DNA of 64,000 bases from Eutreptiella sp. 'Long Island Sound 2002'. Lineage: Eukaryota > Protista > Euglenida. How positions within the stretch are numbered: the stretch's first letter is position 1; every line of letters begins with the position of its first letter. The notes below the pieces were generated by a model that saw nothing but the letters and a program-made list of their open reading frames with translations, was not told where the DNA came from and did no database searches. Positions 34,477-46,939 of this stretch are shown piece by piece. The stretch covers positions 22,258,001-22,322,000 of the forward strand of contig OZ038379.1 in the NCBI GenBank assembly GCA_964036045.1. The letters run 5' to 3'. The translations under genes were made by a program, and so were the position numbers.

Positions 34477-37400
34477 AGGGAGCCGCAAACGGCGAGCGGG
34501 GCTCCTCCGTTCGATCATTGCACGCTGCAGTTCTGCAGGTCTGGAGGCCATCGCCTACGGACTGTCAGCAAACAGTGGAGACTGCCTCGTGGAGCGGCAG
34601 GGCAACGGAAGGAAGGAACAGACATGCTGCCGTTGCAAGGGGACGAGAGTGTATCGGGGTCACTGTCGAGTACGGATGTGACTGGTCTCGGCGCTGTATG
34701 CGTCGGTGCTGGAGCCCTGTCCAAGATATAGCTCTTTGCTGTCGCTTGTATGGGACTGGTGCGTCGAGCCCCAGCCATTAGTCGGCAGTATGACGTCTGT
34801 ATCCTGGGCAGCGTTGCTCCTGTTGTGCCCTCTCTGGGGCTTGCTCAGTTGGAGTCGGGTTGTCCAAAATATAGCTGCGTACGAAGGACACGGCGGCGGA
34901 TGCGGGTTCAGCCTTGCGGAGTATTTCTCACCACCGTTTGTTGCGCCGTCATCTGCACATATCCGCGCAGTGTCAGGGGGCATTGCTGTTTGGACACAAC
35001 TGTTGCTCGAAAGAAACGTGCGTCCACAGGATGACAGTCATGGCACTAACTTGGGAACAGCAAGGCATTGGGGTTCGGCAGGATGTGGGACCACGGCCCA
35101 ACACCAGTTGCCGGGCACCTCAGGTACAGACCCTGGAACCAAGACTCAGATTGCAGAAGGCATCCCACGGCAACACTTCACGGCAACAGGCCATCAAGTT
35201 GAACTTTGTTGGCACCCTCAGCCCTTGCCAGGGTTGGGTACACCAGGATGTCAGCGGATGGTGTCTTCTGTGATGCACAAGTTTGCGCGGGCAGACGCAA
35301 ACAAAGTGTTTCCCGGACGTGCGCACAGAGCTGGCGTCGCGTGGAACGTGTGACATGGCATGCAGTCCAACGCGTGCGTGCGGTCCGGACGTGAGGCATA
35401 CATGCACCCCTGAGTACAAACTGTTTCTGACCTCCACGAGGCGACAACAACAGGCCCAATCACTGGGCTTCAGCGCCTGTATCACAAGTCGCCTACGTCA
35501 CATCAATCGCGCCGACGTGATCTGACCTACATCACCGAATATTTGCAAGACCCTGGTGGCAAGAACATGCATATCCATGTCCAGACAGCCATGAACTACA
35601 TCTGAACGTTCTAATCTTAGCGCAAACAAGGTAGTCGCAGCAACGGCTGCTGAAAGGGGTTCGTCCGACCAGGGGTCCCCTCCCTCTGTGAGGGGTAATG
35701 CCATGGCAGCGTGGGCCAGTAGGCTGAACTTTGTTCACTACACACCCCTTGGAGCGCTGCTGAGGCCGTTGGGGGTGGGCAGTATGCCACAGGAGATAAT
35801 CAATTCACACAGGTATCTGTTCATGCGTGTTCGGCGTTGTGGCTGTCCTTCTTTGGTGGCATTACCGTCAAGTATTGAGGACTGGCTGCTTGTGAACCAA
35901 CTTCATATGTAACATACAACCAAGCTCACATTTCCCATGTGATCATTCATGGATTTTTTTTTGGGTACGCCTTGGATTGCACTGCAGCCGTGCTCTTTTT
36001 AGCCACGCAAGTTTCTTTACCCACCTCAGCTCCGAATTTCATGCACTAGCCGAAGCACAGATTTCAAGCTATGGTCATTGTACACAGCCAAGTCTCGATG
36101 CGCATCTACAAGTCGCAGCTGAATTGTGGCATCTTTGCATATGATCATAGTCTTGTTCGCTGCAAGTTTCAAATCCCATCCTAACAAAATGTATTACCCA
36201 AATTTTACTTCAGCTGAGGACTTGAAGGGGGATACACTTGAAGGGGGATACGTTCTTTGGGCACGTCTTGTGCCCGTAGACATGTTTTCAAAAGAGATGG
36301 TCGTACTTTGTTGTTGCTGCCGGAGCAGATGGTCCGCCACGCTGTTGGGGTGTTGCCATGCAGCCTCAAGTTTCGGAGAGGAATCTGTATACCTTGTTTG
36401 TCCCCGGACGGTGGGTAAACGTGTTTTGGTACGTGAGGGGTTGGTTGTCTCTGCTCTCACCTGCTGCTTCCGCCCCCGTGGCGTCAACCCCACTGCTGCC
36501 GCCCGTAGCCTTCACTTTTTGTCATCCCCAGACAGAGGATTTGGAGGGTGCTCTCCACCACAAACGATGTGGCAGTTGTAACACAGGGCCATTTGGCTTC
36601 AGGTCAACAAGTGTTACCCACCTGCGTTACGCAATTTCAGGCATTTTGTTGGTTTAGGGGGTGCTTGAGATGGCTTAGAACTTGGATTGCGGGAGGTGTT
36701 GGGGGTTCCGTCCCCTGCGCCCTTTCCCCCAATCCCCCCTTCCCCTCTCCCGGCCATTCCAAATGGCTCAAAGAGAGGATAATTTTGGACGTATGTGGGA
36801 TGCAGGGCAAATCTTCCGCGCCTGGGGTGCGTGGGAAGCGGCTTGAGAAGCGTAGAAGGGTGGTTCCCCCTGTTCGGGGCCATGCATATACAACCTCAGG
36901 GTCCCCTCAAAGGGTATGATTCCTCTTCAGGGGCCGCAGAGTAGCTGAAGCACCGGTGTTTTCGTGATTTGCGTGGATGAAGGAGGGATACGGGTGCGGA
37001 TCAGCAGACAAAAGAGGCAACAGGTCCTGGGGACCGTGAAACATCAGATGTGGCCTCCATTTCCGATGAATCAGAGCGCTCTCTTCGTTCCAAGTCCCCA
37101 CGTGCCGCTTCCTCTTTCTCTGGCTCTGATTCTCCCTGTTCTGAGTCTAATTCCAGTGGGGTTTGCATTGTGCATTTTGCATTTCAGGGCTGAGGTTCGG
37201 GGGGGGTTTGGTATGTTGAGTTCTTTGCGGGGAGGGATTCAACCCCCCCCCCCCCTCCTGTGTCCCTCCATCGTTCGCTCTACCGGGGGGGGGGGTCACT
37301 GCCATTGTCCATGCAACCGTCTTCTTATGTTTCTTCCTCTGCTGAGCCCAAAAACGCGCTCGGACAATGCTGTCACTGCGAGATCAGTGCTTCAGCACAG

Positions 37401-37879
37401 CAGAGGCCCCGGGTGCCGAGGTTCAGGGCGGTCCAAGGACGACGGCGGTCGCCCCAAAAGTATGGGTGAGCCGTGTCGATTTTGGGCGGAATGTCCTGTG
37501 AGTGGCCTGAGCTCGAGCATTCTTCATGAAGCCAAGAAAATGCGAGCAGTGGGTGGCTGGGTGGCTGGTAGAGGGGGGGCAGTGTTGCACGGTGCACATA
37601 CAATCCGATTCTCTTCCGGCATTTAGGCCAGGTTTGGACTTCGTCTCCACAAACAGGACTCCCAGATGCACAGCAACACATGAAAGTCAACTTTAGGTCA
37701 TCCTCTTTATATTCCCATGGCTTAGCTTTGCACATACCCGTGGATAGTCGTCAGTTGCCTCATCAGCGAATGCGACATCATAGTTTGCCGAAAACCAGAA
37801 AAGATGCTGCATACACACCGTGCAAACGCCCTCTTTGGGGTATAGAACCTGCGGGCATCACCAATCCTACTTAAGGAGC

Positions 37880-39420
37880 ATGGCATGGCCGCACGAAGGT
37901 CATTCCAGCACTCTGCACATGCACGTCCTTGTATGCATATGCAGCAATGTTCGGCACTTCTCTTAAACGTTTGCCCAGTCGGGCCTCCTTATGTACAGGC
38001 TGGTCAGTGGGTCAACGGGTTTGTCTCTTATCGAGTGTCCCTGCCTCGCCTTCACGTGCCTTGGTACCGTGCTTGGTGTACTCTGAATTTCACTCGCTGG
38101 CCGTATTGTGTCAAGCATGGCATGGGAAGGGTCCTGCACCCAACCCCAAAATGCATAATTGGTAACTATGCTGACCCCTTTGTGCCCATGTAACAGCAGA
38201 AAGCTGTTCCTCAGTGGATGTGTAACACATTTTGAGGCTACAAGAAACCAACGTGGTGTTGTGTGTGTGAGTGTGGGTGAGCAACATGGCAATATGTGAC
38301 ACAGCACGTGGGCCCAAAATAGGCCACCTATAACTCCCGTGGGTAGTCTGGTCATCAAAGGGTTTTACAGGTGTCTGCTCGAAGTGCCCTAATGTTGTTC
38401 TAATGAGAATTTCCTCTAACAAAAAAAAATGCTCTAATGCTGCCCGCACTAATCGTTAGAGCGACCTTGTCCCCCCGACGAGTGCCAGGAGCATCCAAAT
38501 GTTCAAGCGTCCGAAGATTATCCATTTTGCAAGGTCAATCTGAAGGGATTGGATGCAAATCTGTATAAAGGAATGGTGCAACCGCATATCACATGCTTGG
38601 CATATCTGTAACTATTTCATGGAGTGATGCGTCCCAGGCAGCATGACAGTGAACCAAACACACCCCTCTTCTTGGTCATTCCCACCACCCAGCTGTTTAG
38701 TTACAAAAGCACTATGGTCGATCAAAAGGTCACTCTGGTTGGAGGAAACACAGTTGATCAATTCTCACCAGGAGCAAGAAACACATTGGCAACACGCTTG
38801 CGGTCCTATATTTCCCCTCTGCGCGCAGGAAACACGGTCAATCAACTCTCACAAGGAGCAAGCATAGCGGCAACATGGCAGATGTGCAAACAGTAATGTT
38901 CTCCCCCTACTCCACAACAATTGTGCACTGAGTGTTGCAACACTGCTGTAATTCTTGCAGGGGTGTGGATGAATGGTATCAATTTCTGGCACCTTTGGAA
39001 TCCTTGCTGACAATTCCTGGAGGGTTGTGGATGATGAGCATTAATTCTTGGGAGGACTCTTCTTAACGAATGGCACATAGTCTGTGGCCCCTTCAAGGGG
39101 CAAAAGAAGACGGACAGCATCGCAGACCATAGTGAATGGGCTGTGTGGGGGGCAATGGATGGACTGCATGACGACACACAATCCATTGGGACATCCTGAG
39201 GCAAGGTGACGCTCCAATGCCACCACTAAAGCACATGCCAAGCAAGTGGACCCCAAACCTCTTTCGTCATACCAGGAATGTCCCTTCTGCCCTGAACCCG
39301 TCCCACAAACCATATACAACTGCCCAGAACCCAATCCTTTGTGGCACAAAATCCTTTGTGAGGAATGTTCAACATCAAAAATTTTGCAAATGACACATTC
39401 CACCCTCCCATGCCGTGGCA
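37880..39420 (+). mobile_element. Highly degenerate non-LTR retrotransposon remnant
   Basis: Broken frames with a GNYAD (YADD-like) motif at 38161-38175 and CPFCPEP...IYNCPEPNPLW (zf-RVT-like) near 39280-39345. Many stops and frameshifts. Confidence 0.3.
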
Positions 39421-39768
39421 ACCCCCCCCCCCCCTCTTGGGGACCCCCCCACACACTTACGCCCGCGTGGCATGGGACCCCCTGCATGGCATGGGAGCCC
39501 GGAAATGTGGATTGATGCCGGCCTGGTACAATGCTAACTACACATTCAAGAGACAATGTCCCCTGATAGACAACAATGTGGACGGAATCTCCTCTTCCAG
39601 GGGGTGTATTGCTGCACACCGGTTTGGTTTTAAGTTGCTGCCACGTGAAACCCCACCACAAAATGGGTGTTCAAATTTTCGCGTTTGGTCTGCCATAGAT
39701 GTCGAAGGGCAGCACATGTAGGCTTCGGTACTCCATTGATTCCACGTCTTCAGGGACCCTTTGCCACC

Positions 39769-42700
39769 ATGGCGCGCTTGTTTGCGTCGTTCTCTGCTGG
39801 TGCGGCGTCCTATTATCTCTATACACAATCCCTGCAACACTCAACGGGTGTCCGCGAGTCGGCTTCGAAGACCTTCTCCTCCCCAAAAGACCTAAATCGC
39901 CACAGTCCTCAGGCCTTCCTAAAGCGTGTCACACTGAAGCCCTTTGGAGTCCTCGGTCAGCAGCTCACCAGCGAAGGGAAGGTGAACCAGATTTGTGACC
40001 GACCTGGAGAAGACACCGCGGTAGTGGACCCAGCGGGCTTGCCCTATGTCTCAGGAGAGAAACGACCAGGCATGTAGCCGCTGCTGGTGCTCCGCTCTTT
40101 GATGATGATGCCTAAGCTCTGTCACACAGCGTCCGGTAAAGACCAGAAATTGCGAGAGTAATGAGCAGAGGTCTTTTTGCAGTTGTCTGGATACGGGGGT
40201 TGTGATGTTTTGTGCACCCACACCCTCACATGTTGGGAGCTCGGCCACTGCATTCAGATGAAAAGGTCACAAACTGGCGCAAGACACCCCCAACTTGACA
40301 CCAGTCGCCCAGCAGGCAGAAGGCAAAGGTAGCCCTTATGAGAGGAAAAGAATAGGCATCGTGGAGGGCTGTGTAAAAAAAACCCAACTGCGGACAGCAG
40401 TTTGTGGCTGGTCATCCAGGAGACGGCACGGCATGGATATACAGAGACATTGGTGTGCCCCTGTGAAATCGAACATGGGATTGCAACTCTGTTGTTGCTT
40501 GAAGGGGTGCCTTGGAGGAAATCTTTTGCATGCAGTGTGCACACAATGCACTCACAGCGCAAAGGCTTTAAACTGCTAGAAATACGGGGCACCTATTTGT
40601 AAGCTTTTGTTTAATGGCATCATCATCTGAGACACTGGTGGTTCCGTTTGAGCTACGTTTCTGCAAGTGTTGAAAAAAAATGTTGGTTGTTTACAAGGAG
40701 AGGTTGAAAAAGGAGTTCAGGCAGATTGAGTACTACCGGCAACCATACCTCATGCTAGCGTCCGTTTTGATATGGGTACCCGTCCGTGTGCGTCCGTTTT
40801 GATTTTGGGGAGCGTCCGTTTGCGTCCGTTTCAGTTTTGGGGTGCGTCCGTTTGCGTCCGTTTCAGATTTTGGGGGGCGAAATCAGAAATTGCCGGCAAC
40901 AAAGAGTGTCGTGGGCTGGCATGATACCCCCGCCGATGGTTGAGCGGATAATAGGAAATGTAAGCACGAAGGTGGTTACATTTCCGGGGACCGGTAGTCC
41001 TTTACCTCCATCCTCTTTGCCATGGACCACATCCTCAAAAAATGAATGTAGCGACTGATGATGGCCTCTTGGCATTCTTTCCCATTGCTCTTGAAGCATT
41101 GTGTATTGGCAACTAACTGACGGCGAGCTCTTCCATCCTTGGTGGTCCACAAGGGTGTAGTGTGCATTGTGGGTCTCTTTGAATGCTTTGCACATTGCTG
41201 CAGCTGTTGGCCATAATGCAAATAATGGTTTGTTTGAGTGGAAGGCCGAAAACGAGTAGACACTCACACTTGGGGAGCCGGTGCCAATTGCAGACCCCAA
41301 CGGGGAAAGTGCACATGCGAAAAGCGTTTTCGACCTCAGTTTGGCAAAAGGATGCAGAAGTGGCTGCGTGGAAAGGAGGTTGCGAGTCCATGCACACCTC
41401 CCCAAAATGATGCTTCTTCCTCCACATCTTCTCTACAACAATCCGGTACCCAACCAGCTCAAAACAAAACACCTTCACAACCACCACCGCAATCCAAAAC
41501 ACCCACAAGCACACCACCATCAAAAACCCCCCAAAAGCGCCCCCGCAAGGGAAGCCCATCAACAACTCCAACCCAGCGAAGGGGGAAGCACGCAAAGGTA
41601 CCCAGTACAAAGGTTGAAGGGCGGTTCCAACAATCTTGGTATGAAGGTCGGCCTTGGCTGCGCTTTGAACTTGGTAGAGGCATGTGGTGCGCCATTTGCT
41701 TTGCGCATCGTGACAATCCCGTTGTGTATGGCAATGGGGCCGCTCCGAATCCTTTGCGGCTCCCCACACAGTCATACCGTATTGAAAAGGTCAAGAACCA
41801 TGAGAGCCGTGGGTTTCATCTTCATGCAATGGCTTTGCAAACAATGCAAAGCACCTGCACCGTTGAAGGGCTTGCCATTGCTATTCCCCCTGCACAGCAA
41901 GCACAAGTGAAGACCTTGTTTCGCACCATTTACATGATGCTGAAAAATAGGCTGGCCGACACCGTCCTGCGGCCTATGTTGACTGTGCAGCAACAAAATG
42001 GGGTGCAATATGGGCTTCGGTACAAAAATAGTTTGTATTGCCGTGTCGTGAAACGGTACCTCGCCAAAGCAGTGCGCAATGTGTTTGCTCCCACATTTTT
42101 GAAGGCCCGCTTTCGCTCGCTGATGCTAGATGAGGTCAAAGTGGGGGACAGGGAGTGGATGTCTGTTGCTGTCCGTTTGTGCTCTGTGTGTTGCGTTTCG
42201 CACAGGCACGAACCCGGGAGTTACTGGATGCGCGGTTCCCAGCCAGCGACAGCACAATCAATGCGTGTGCTCTATTTGATCGGAGACTGTGGCCCAGCAC
42301 GTTACAGTTTGACAAGGACAAAGTGAGTCAACAATTGAAGGAGTTGTGGATGACTTTTCCTCAGGCTGGGGGTGTGCAACCGGATGGGAGTTTGTTTATT
42401 CAAATGGCAAAAAAGGCAATGGCAGAAATTCCAGTGCTGCGCAACAAGCAGGGACAAATCACCATCTCCGACTGTGCGCATTGGACTGCTGCGTCGCTAC
42501 AATGGTCCGTTCCAATATTTTCCGGGTTACAACAAATGGTGGCTCTTTTGGTGACCATTCCCCTTTCACAAGCGCACACCGAAACAATCAATTCGATCTT
42601 GAAGAAGTGTATTGGCACATCCAGGCATTCATCGGACGCACATACCGTGGCCAATGAAATGGCTGTGCGCCTGCTGGGACCACCACAGGAGGAATGCGAG

Positions 42701-44522
42701 CCGATTATTCACAGGGCCGTGCATGAATGGTCTATGGCCGCACAGCGCCGGTTGTTGGCGTCACGTGGAGATTCTGATTCAAGTGACAGTGGTGGGTCAA
42801 CAACACACGGGGACACCTCTTCATCTTCGTCTTCTCTTTCTGTTTCGGGATCAAGTTCTTCCCTATCGAGCACATCATCCGACTCGTTGGATACGCTGGA
42901 TACATGCTCCGAGGATTCGAAGGAAAGTCACGAGGATGGTATGATTGCAGAAGTACCACAGCCGGAAGAGGAAATCGAAAGTGGGGTGCAAGAAATGGAA
43001 GAGCCGGTCCAACAAGCCAACATGGATGTCGATGCTAAGGAAGTGGATTTCCTTACACAGTTGGGCAATATGAAACCACGGCTCACCAAGTTTATTGGCA
43101 TGTTGCGCCGCAATGGTTATGATGAATTGGACGCTTTGAAGTACATTTCTGTACGTGAGTTGGCGGATATGGACATGAGTCTGGGTGACCGAGCTGTTCT
43201 ACGATCTGCTATGGAGTTCTTTTTGGGCGGAACATGGACACCAACTCCTTGATGCTGTGTAAACACCACCACCTCATGGGTGGGCTGGAGGTTCCCAAGG
43301 CCTCCCTGCATGAAAGGTGCAGAAGTTGTGAGGGCACAGCCATGGTATGATTGGGGAGCGTCCGTTTGCGTCCGTTTCAGTTTTTGGGTGCGTCCGTTTG
43401 CGTCCGTTTCAGATTTTGGGGGGCGTCCGCAACCGTCCGGAAAAACGGACGCTAGCATGAGGTATGCCGGCAACTGCGCAGTTTGAACCCACAAAAATTG
43501 CTCCATATGCCACGCCCCTTGGACCGATAGCCTTTGTTGGGTTTAGGTGAGGCTCGAGAGGTTAGGTCAAGGAGGGTTGCGTACGCCATCGCATTTTTTT
43601 GCCTGCAATTTCCCGCGAATTCCCGCAATTTCCCTCAAATTCCCGCAATTTTTCGCACTCCGTGACTGCAATTTCCCCTTTCCCCCCCTGCTCAGTCGTG
43701 CCGCACCAGGGAATGCGCACTACATCGTGAGCCACCGACCCCCGCAATGGGCTGAATCGAAATCCCCGGCCCGACTCCTCCCGGGCCTTTTTGCTCCCTG
43801 ACATCTGAGCCCTTCAGCGGGGGGGGGGGGGACGGATTGCCATAAGGGCTAAGTGTTGCCTGATGGGGGGTGGGAGGGGTCCGGCAAAGGGCAAACGGCA
43901 AACGACCTAAGGACCCCCGCCCCCCTTCACCCTGCTGCTTGTTTTGGTTGTCTGCACCCTCAATACTCGTGCCTTGTAACCACCGCCTCCCCACCCCCTA
44001 CACACATACGTACCTCACTTGTCAGGCCAGGCAGGGGCGGCGTCCCGGAGCATCTACGTCTGGTGCGGCCTGGAAGCCCAAGAGGCTTTCCCCAAAGACG
44101 TAAAAGACACGATCACAGAGCCCGGCAAGGCCAAGTTCCACAGCTACGAAGTGGGGGGGAGCCGGAGCAGGCGGAATGCGATCCACGTCGTGGGGCCGGA
44201 CTTCAGGCAGCGCCCGTACAGCGACCTCGAGGCCATCAACACCCTGTCCGACACCTACGCGAACGTCTTGCGGGAGGTGGCTCTGACCCCGGCCTCCATC
44301 CGGACCATCCGCATGCTCCCGATTAGTGGCGGTGTGTTCCTGGGCGACTTCAAGAGTGACCTCACACACATGACCATCTGTGCCCTCAAGAACGGCTTTG
44401 AGCGACTCTCGCCCGAAGAGCAAGGCAGAGTACTGGAGAAGGACGTTCAGATGTGCATTTTCCTCGCCAGCGAGCTCCCCACTTTCGAACGCGCCCACAC
44501 TTTTGCGATCGCTGAGCCCTGA
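39769..44522 (+). CDS. Macrodomain (ADP-ribose-binding/Appr-1-p-like) protein, 265 aa, 2 exons
   Basis: join(39769..40069,44026..44522). The ATG is in gccaccATGG context after an AG. The intron 40070-44025 begins GCATGT and ends CAG. Splicing rebuilds AVVDPAGLPYVSGEKRPG|QAGAASRSIY, followed by IHVVGPDFR, YANVL and IRMLPISGGVFLG, which are macro-fold motifs. Confidence 0.8.
40744..43466 (+). mobile_element. hAT-superfamily DNA transposon (2723 bp), internally deleted, inside the macrodomain gene intron
   Basis: Perfect 25-bp TIRs catacctcatgctagcgtccgtttt / aaaacggacgctagcatgaggtatg. The 8-bp TSD ccggcaac is at 40736-40743 and 43467-43474. Subterminal gcgtccgttt arrays are present. Confidence 0.95.
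41352..43252 (+). CDS. ZNF862-like hAT transposase derivative: TTF-type zinc finger, truncated catalytic core, hAT dimerisation domain and C-terminal SAM-like domain
   Basis: Two overlapping frames, joinable by a 71-nt GT-AG intron 42135-42205 (609 aa). Zinc finger: RFQQSWYEGRPWL...WCAIC...NHESRGFH. First Asp in SLMLDE. Then LLDARFP...ALFD...WP. Dimerisation region: LLVTIPLSQAHTETINS...LLGP...AVHEW...RR. SAM-like tail: LTKFIGMLRRNGYDELDALKYISVRELADMDMSLGDRAVLRSA. Confidence 0.8.
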
Positions 44523-46939
44523 GTGCGCGCCTGCAGCGCATCAGACGCAGGAGCAGCGGGGGGGGGGGGAGGCATTGCCAATCACCAGCAAGTCTCGCAC
44601 CTGCCCTCTTCAGTTAATGTTAATGTAAGGAGGCCGCAGCACGAGGGCGGATTGTGAGCAGGGGCCGCAATCAAAGGCCCGGCTCCGATGGCTGAGAGAA
44701 GCCAGAGCACAGTGTACCCACGGATTGAGCACCATCTTCACTGCCTCGTCACACAAAAACCTTTGCACAAGGGCACGTTGCGTGGCGGTTGTGAACACCC
44801 TCTGCAGCGTGATGAGAGGGCCCTGGGCAAGCAAAACGCTGGTGCCGCTCTCCTCAGAGTTGTGTGCCCTTGGCCACATGCCCTTTCCAGTCGAGAAGGG
44901 GCACCGCTGAGGACAAGGGTCTCGGGTGGGGGCACCTGTTCGAATTGCAAAAGATGTGCAGGTTTGTGGCGGGAACCGAAAACGGTTGCTGCCGAAAAAG
45001 AGGCACACCGGCCACAAAGTGTTGATGCGCAGCAGGCGTTGGGGGTCCCACAAAAATGTGTTCGGGTGACTGGAGTGAGGACGAGGGGCCACAGCAAGGC
45101 CTTGAGGGGTACAGAGTGTGTGACGAGTCAGGCAGTGGGTGCGGCCTGCCAGGCCTGCGCAATCCGCCTTGACCGGCCGCTGCCCCATGCTGTCGATGCA
45201 TTTACATGTTGTGCCACACGTGTTTCAGCAAGTGGCTCATTACAGCAGCATCCGGTGCGTGAGGGAGGGGGTTGTGGGGTCCATTTTTCGAGGGAGGGGG
45301 ATCCGCTCGAGGTCATGGAGCGTGGTTCGGCTTTTCCCGACGCGCGGCAGGGCGGGCTGGCTTGAGGCTCCCTACGTTGTGGGGAGGACCGTATGGCCAC
45401 ACCTTTGTGGGGATGTCTGGGGGAGGTGCAGGGGGTTTGGAGGGATGTATTTGAGAAGGGGGCCCGGAAGGGATGGGGGGAGTTGTGTAAGCGGCGGTGA
45501 GAAGCAGCGCCTGTCAACCATCCTTTTTCGGTGCGACAGGGTGGCCAGGATGTTGGCAGAGCTGAAGGTTTGAGGTTTGAACGATGCATTGCCTTCGACC
45601 TTCGGCGGGCGCAATACATATGTATAACACAGTGATGCGATGCATTGTGCATGATGGATTACTGATTGTCGTGGCAAAGAGCATCTGGGCTATTGCTGCC
45701 GACCAACAGCCATTGGCCACACGCCAATCGTTTTTTGCCCTCCTTTACTGCATGTCATGAATGCGGCGCTTTGGTTGCGCTCTGGGGCGCAACTGTGCGC
45801 CGCTCGCTATCTGTTCGTGCGCAAAGGACGTGTGTCATGCAGTGCTTCGACGTTTGGGTGCCTGGAAATGAAACCGAGTTCAGAATACCATGTGGTTCTT
45901 GGTGCGTTGGTTGAATTGGGTCTGAGGGATGGGAAGTTCTGGGGGAGGGGGTTGCAGCGCCACAGTTTCAGTGTGCGGACAATCCATTAGTGTTGCCTCA
46001 GAGTGGAAAGACCTTGCCGCACCTCAGCAATCAGCGGCAAGTCAAGGCATGTTCCCCTGGCCCCCAGGTGCGGCCCCGTGTGGCCAACGCTTCCCAGCAG
46101 CCTTTGCAAGCCCAAGCCCAGGGTGTCACCGACCACAGCAACTATTTCCATCACTTTTCATAAAGGAGAGTCCTGACTGATACCCTACCCCTACACACTG
46201 TCTAAGCTATGCGGCCTGCAGGGACTGTATTTTTCTGCACCAAAATTCCCTCAGAATGTTGTTAGATCAAGCGTAGCCACAAACGCCATGTGCCATCCAT
46301 TTTTTGGGAGTGTTCGCGTAGCCTACCACAATGTATGGAATTGGACGTTTCACCCCTTGTAAGATCATCATTTTGGGAGGTGAAATTATCCCCCATGAAG
46401 TTGTCGATTTTGAACCTTTAGCCCCCACTCCCCCCCCAGCTGGGTGCCGCTTTGGGGGGGGGGGTCTGGGGTGTTCGGGGTGGGGGGGAGTTGTGGCCAC
46501 TATGTGTCGATCCGACCCAGGTCACTTTGAGCCTTTTTCTCGTTCACCAATGGTGGGGTCCCGGTTTCCATCTCTGGGTGCCTGGGATTGGGCACCCTGG
46601 GGGGGCCAGCGGCAAGGTTTGGTGATACATGTAAACCCATGGAGAGCTATATGTTTATTCTTGGACTCTTGAGATCGGGGGACTAAGCCCGACGGTGAGG
46701 GGTGTGAGGGTGGTATGCGAGATCTGGGACAGTGGTGGGCTCAAGTAGGCAGCAGTTCAAATGATGCAATCCTTCAGCTTTTCTGATGGCACAATACCCC
46801 CATTTTGATTGCATTGCACACTTGGCGTTGGTGTGGAGCGAAATGGGGAGGACTCCACCCATGGCTAACACAAAAAATGGTTGCTACAAAAAAATCCAAG
46901 GTCTCCAGCGACATACCTGAAAGAACAGAAGGGACCATC

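Noticed and set aside
34706-35600. 215-aa ORF and adjacent fragments after Sec5
   Set aside because: No recognisable domain or consistent splice model. Probably 3' flank plus decayed element.
40863-41200. Second, antisense ORF in the hAT 5' region
   Set aside because: About 100 aa with no motif. It may be a chance ORF in the promoter region.
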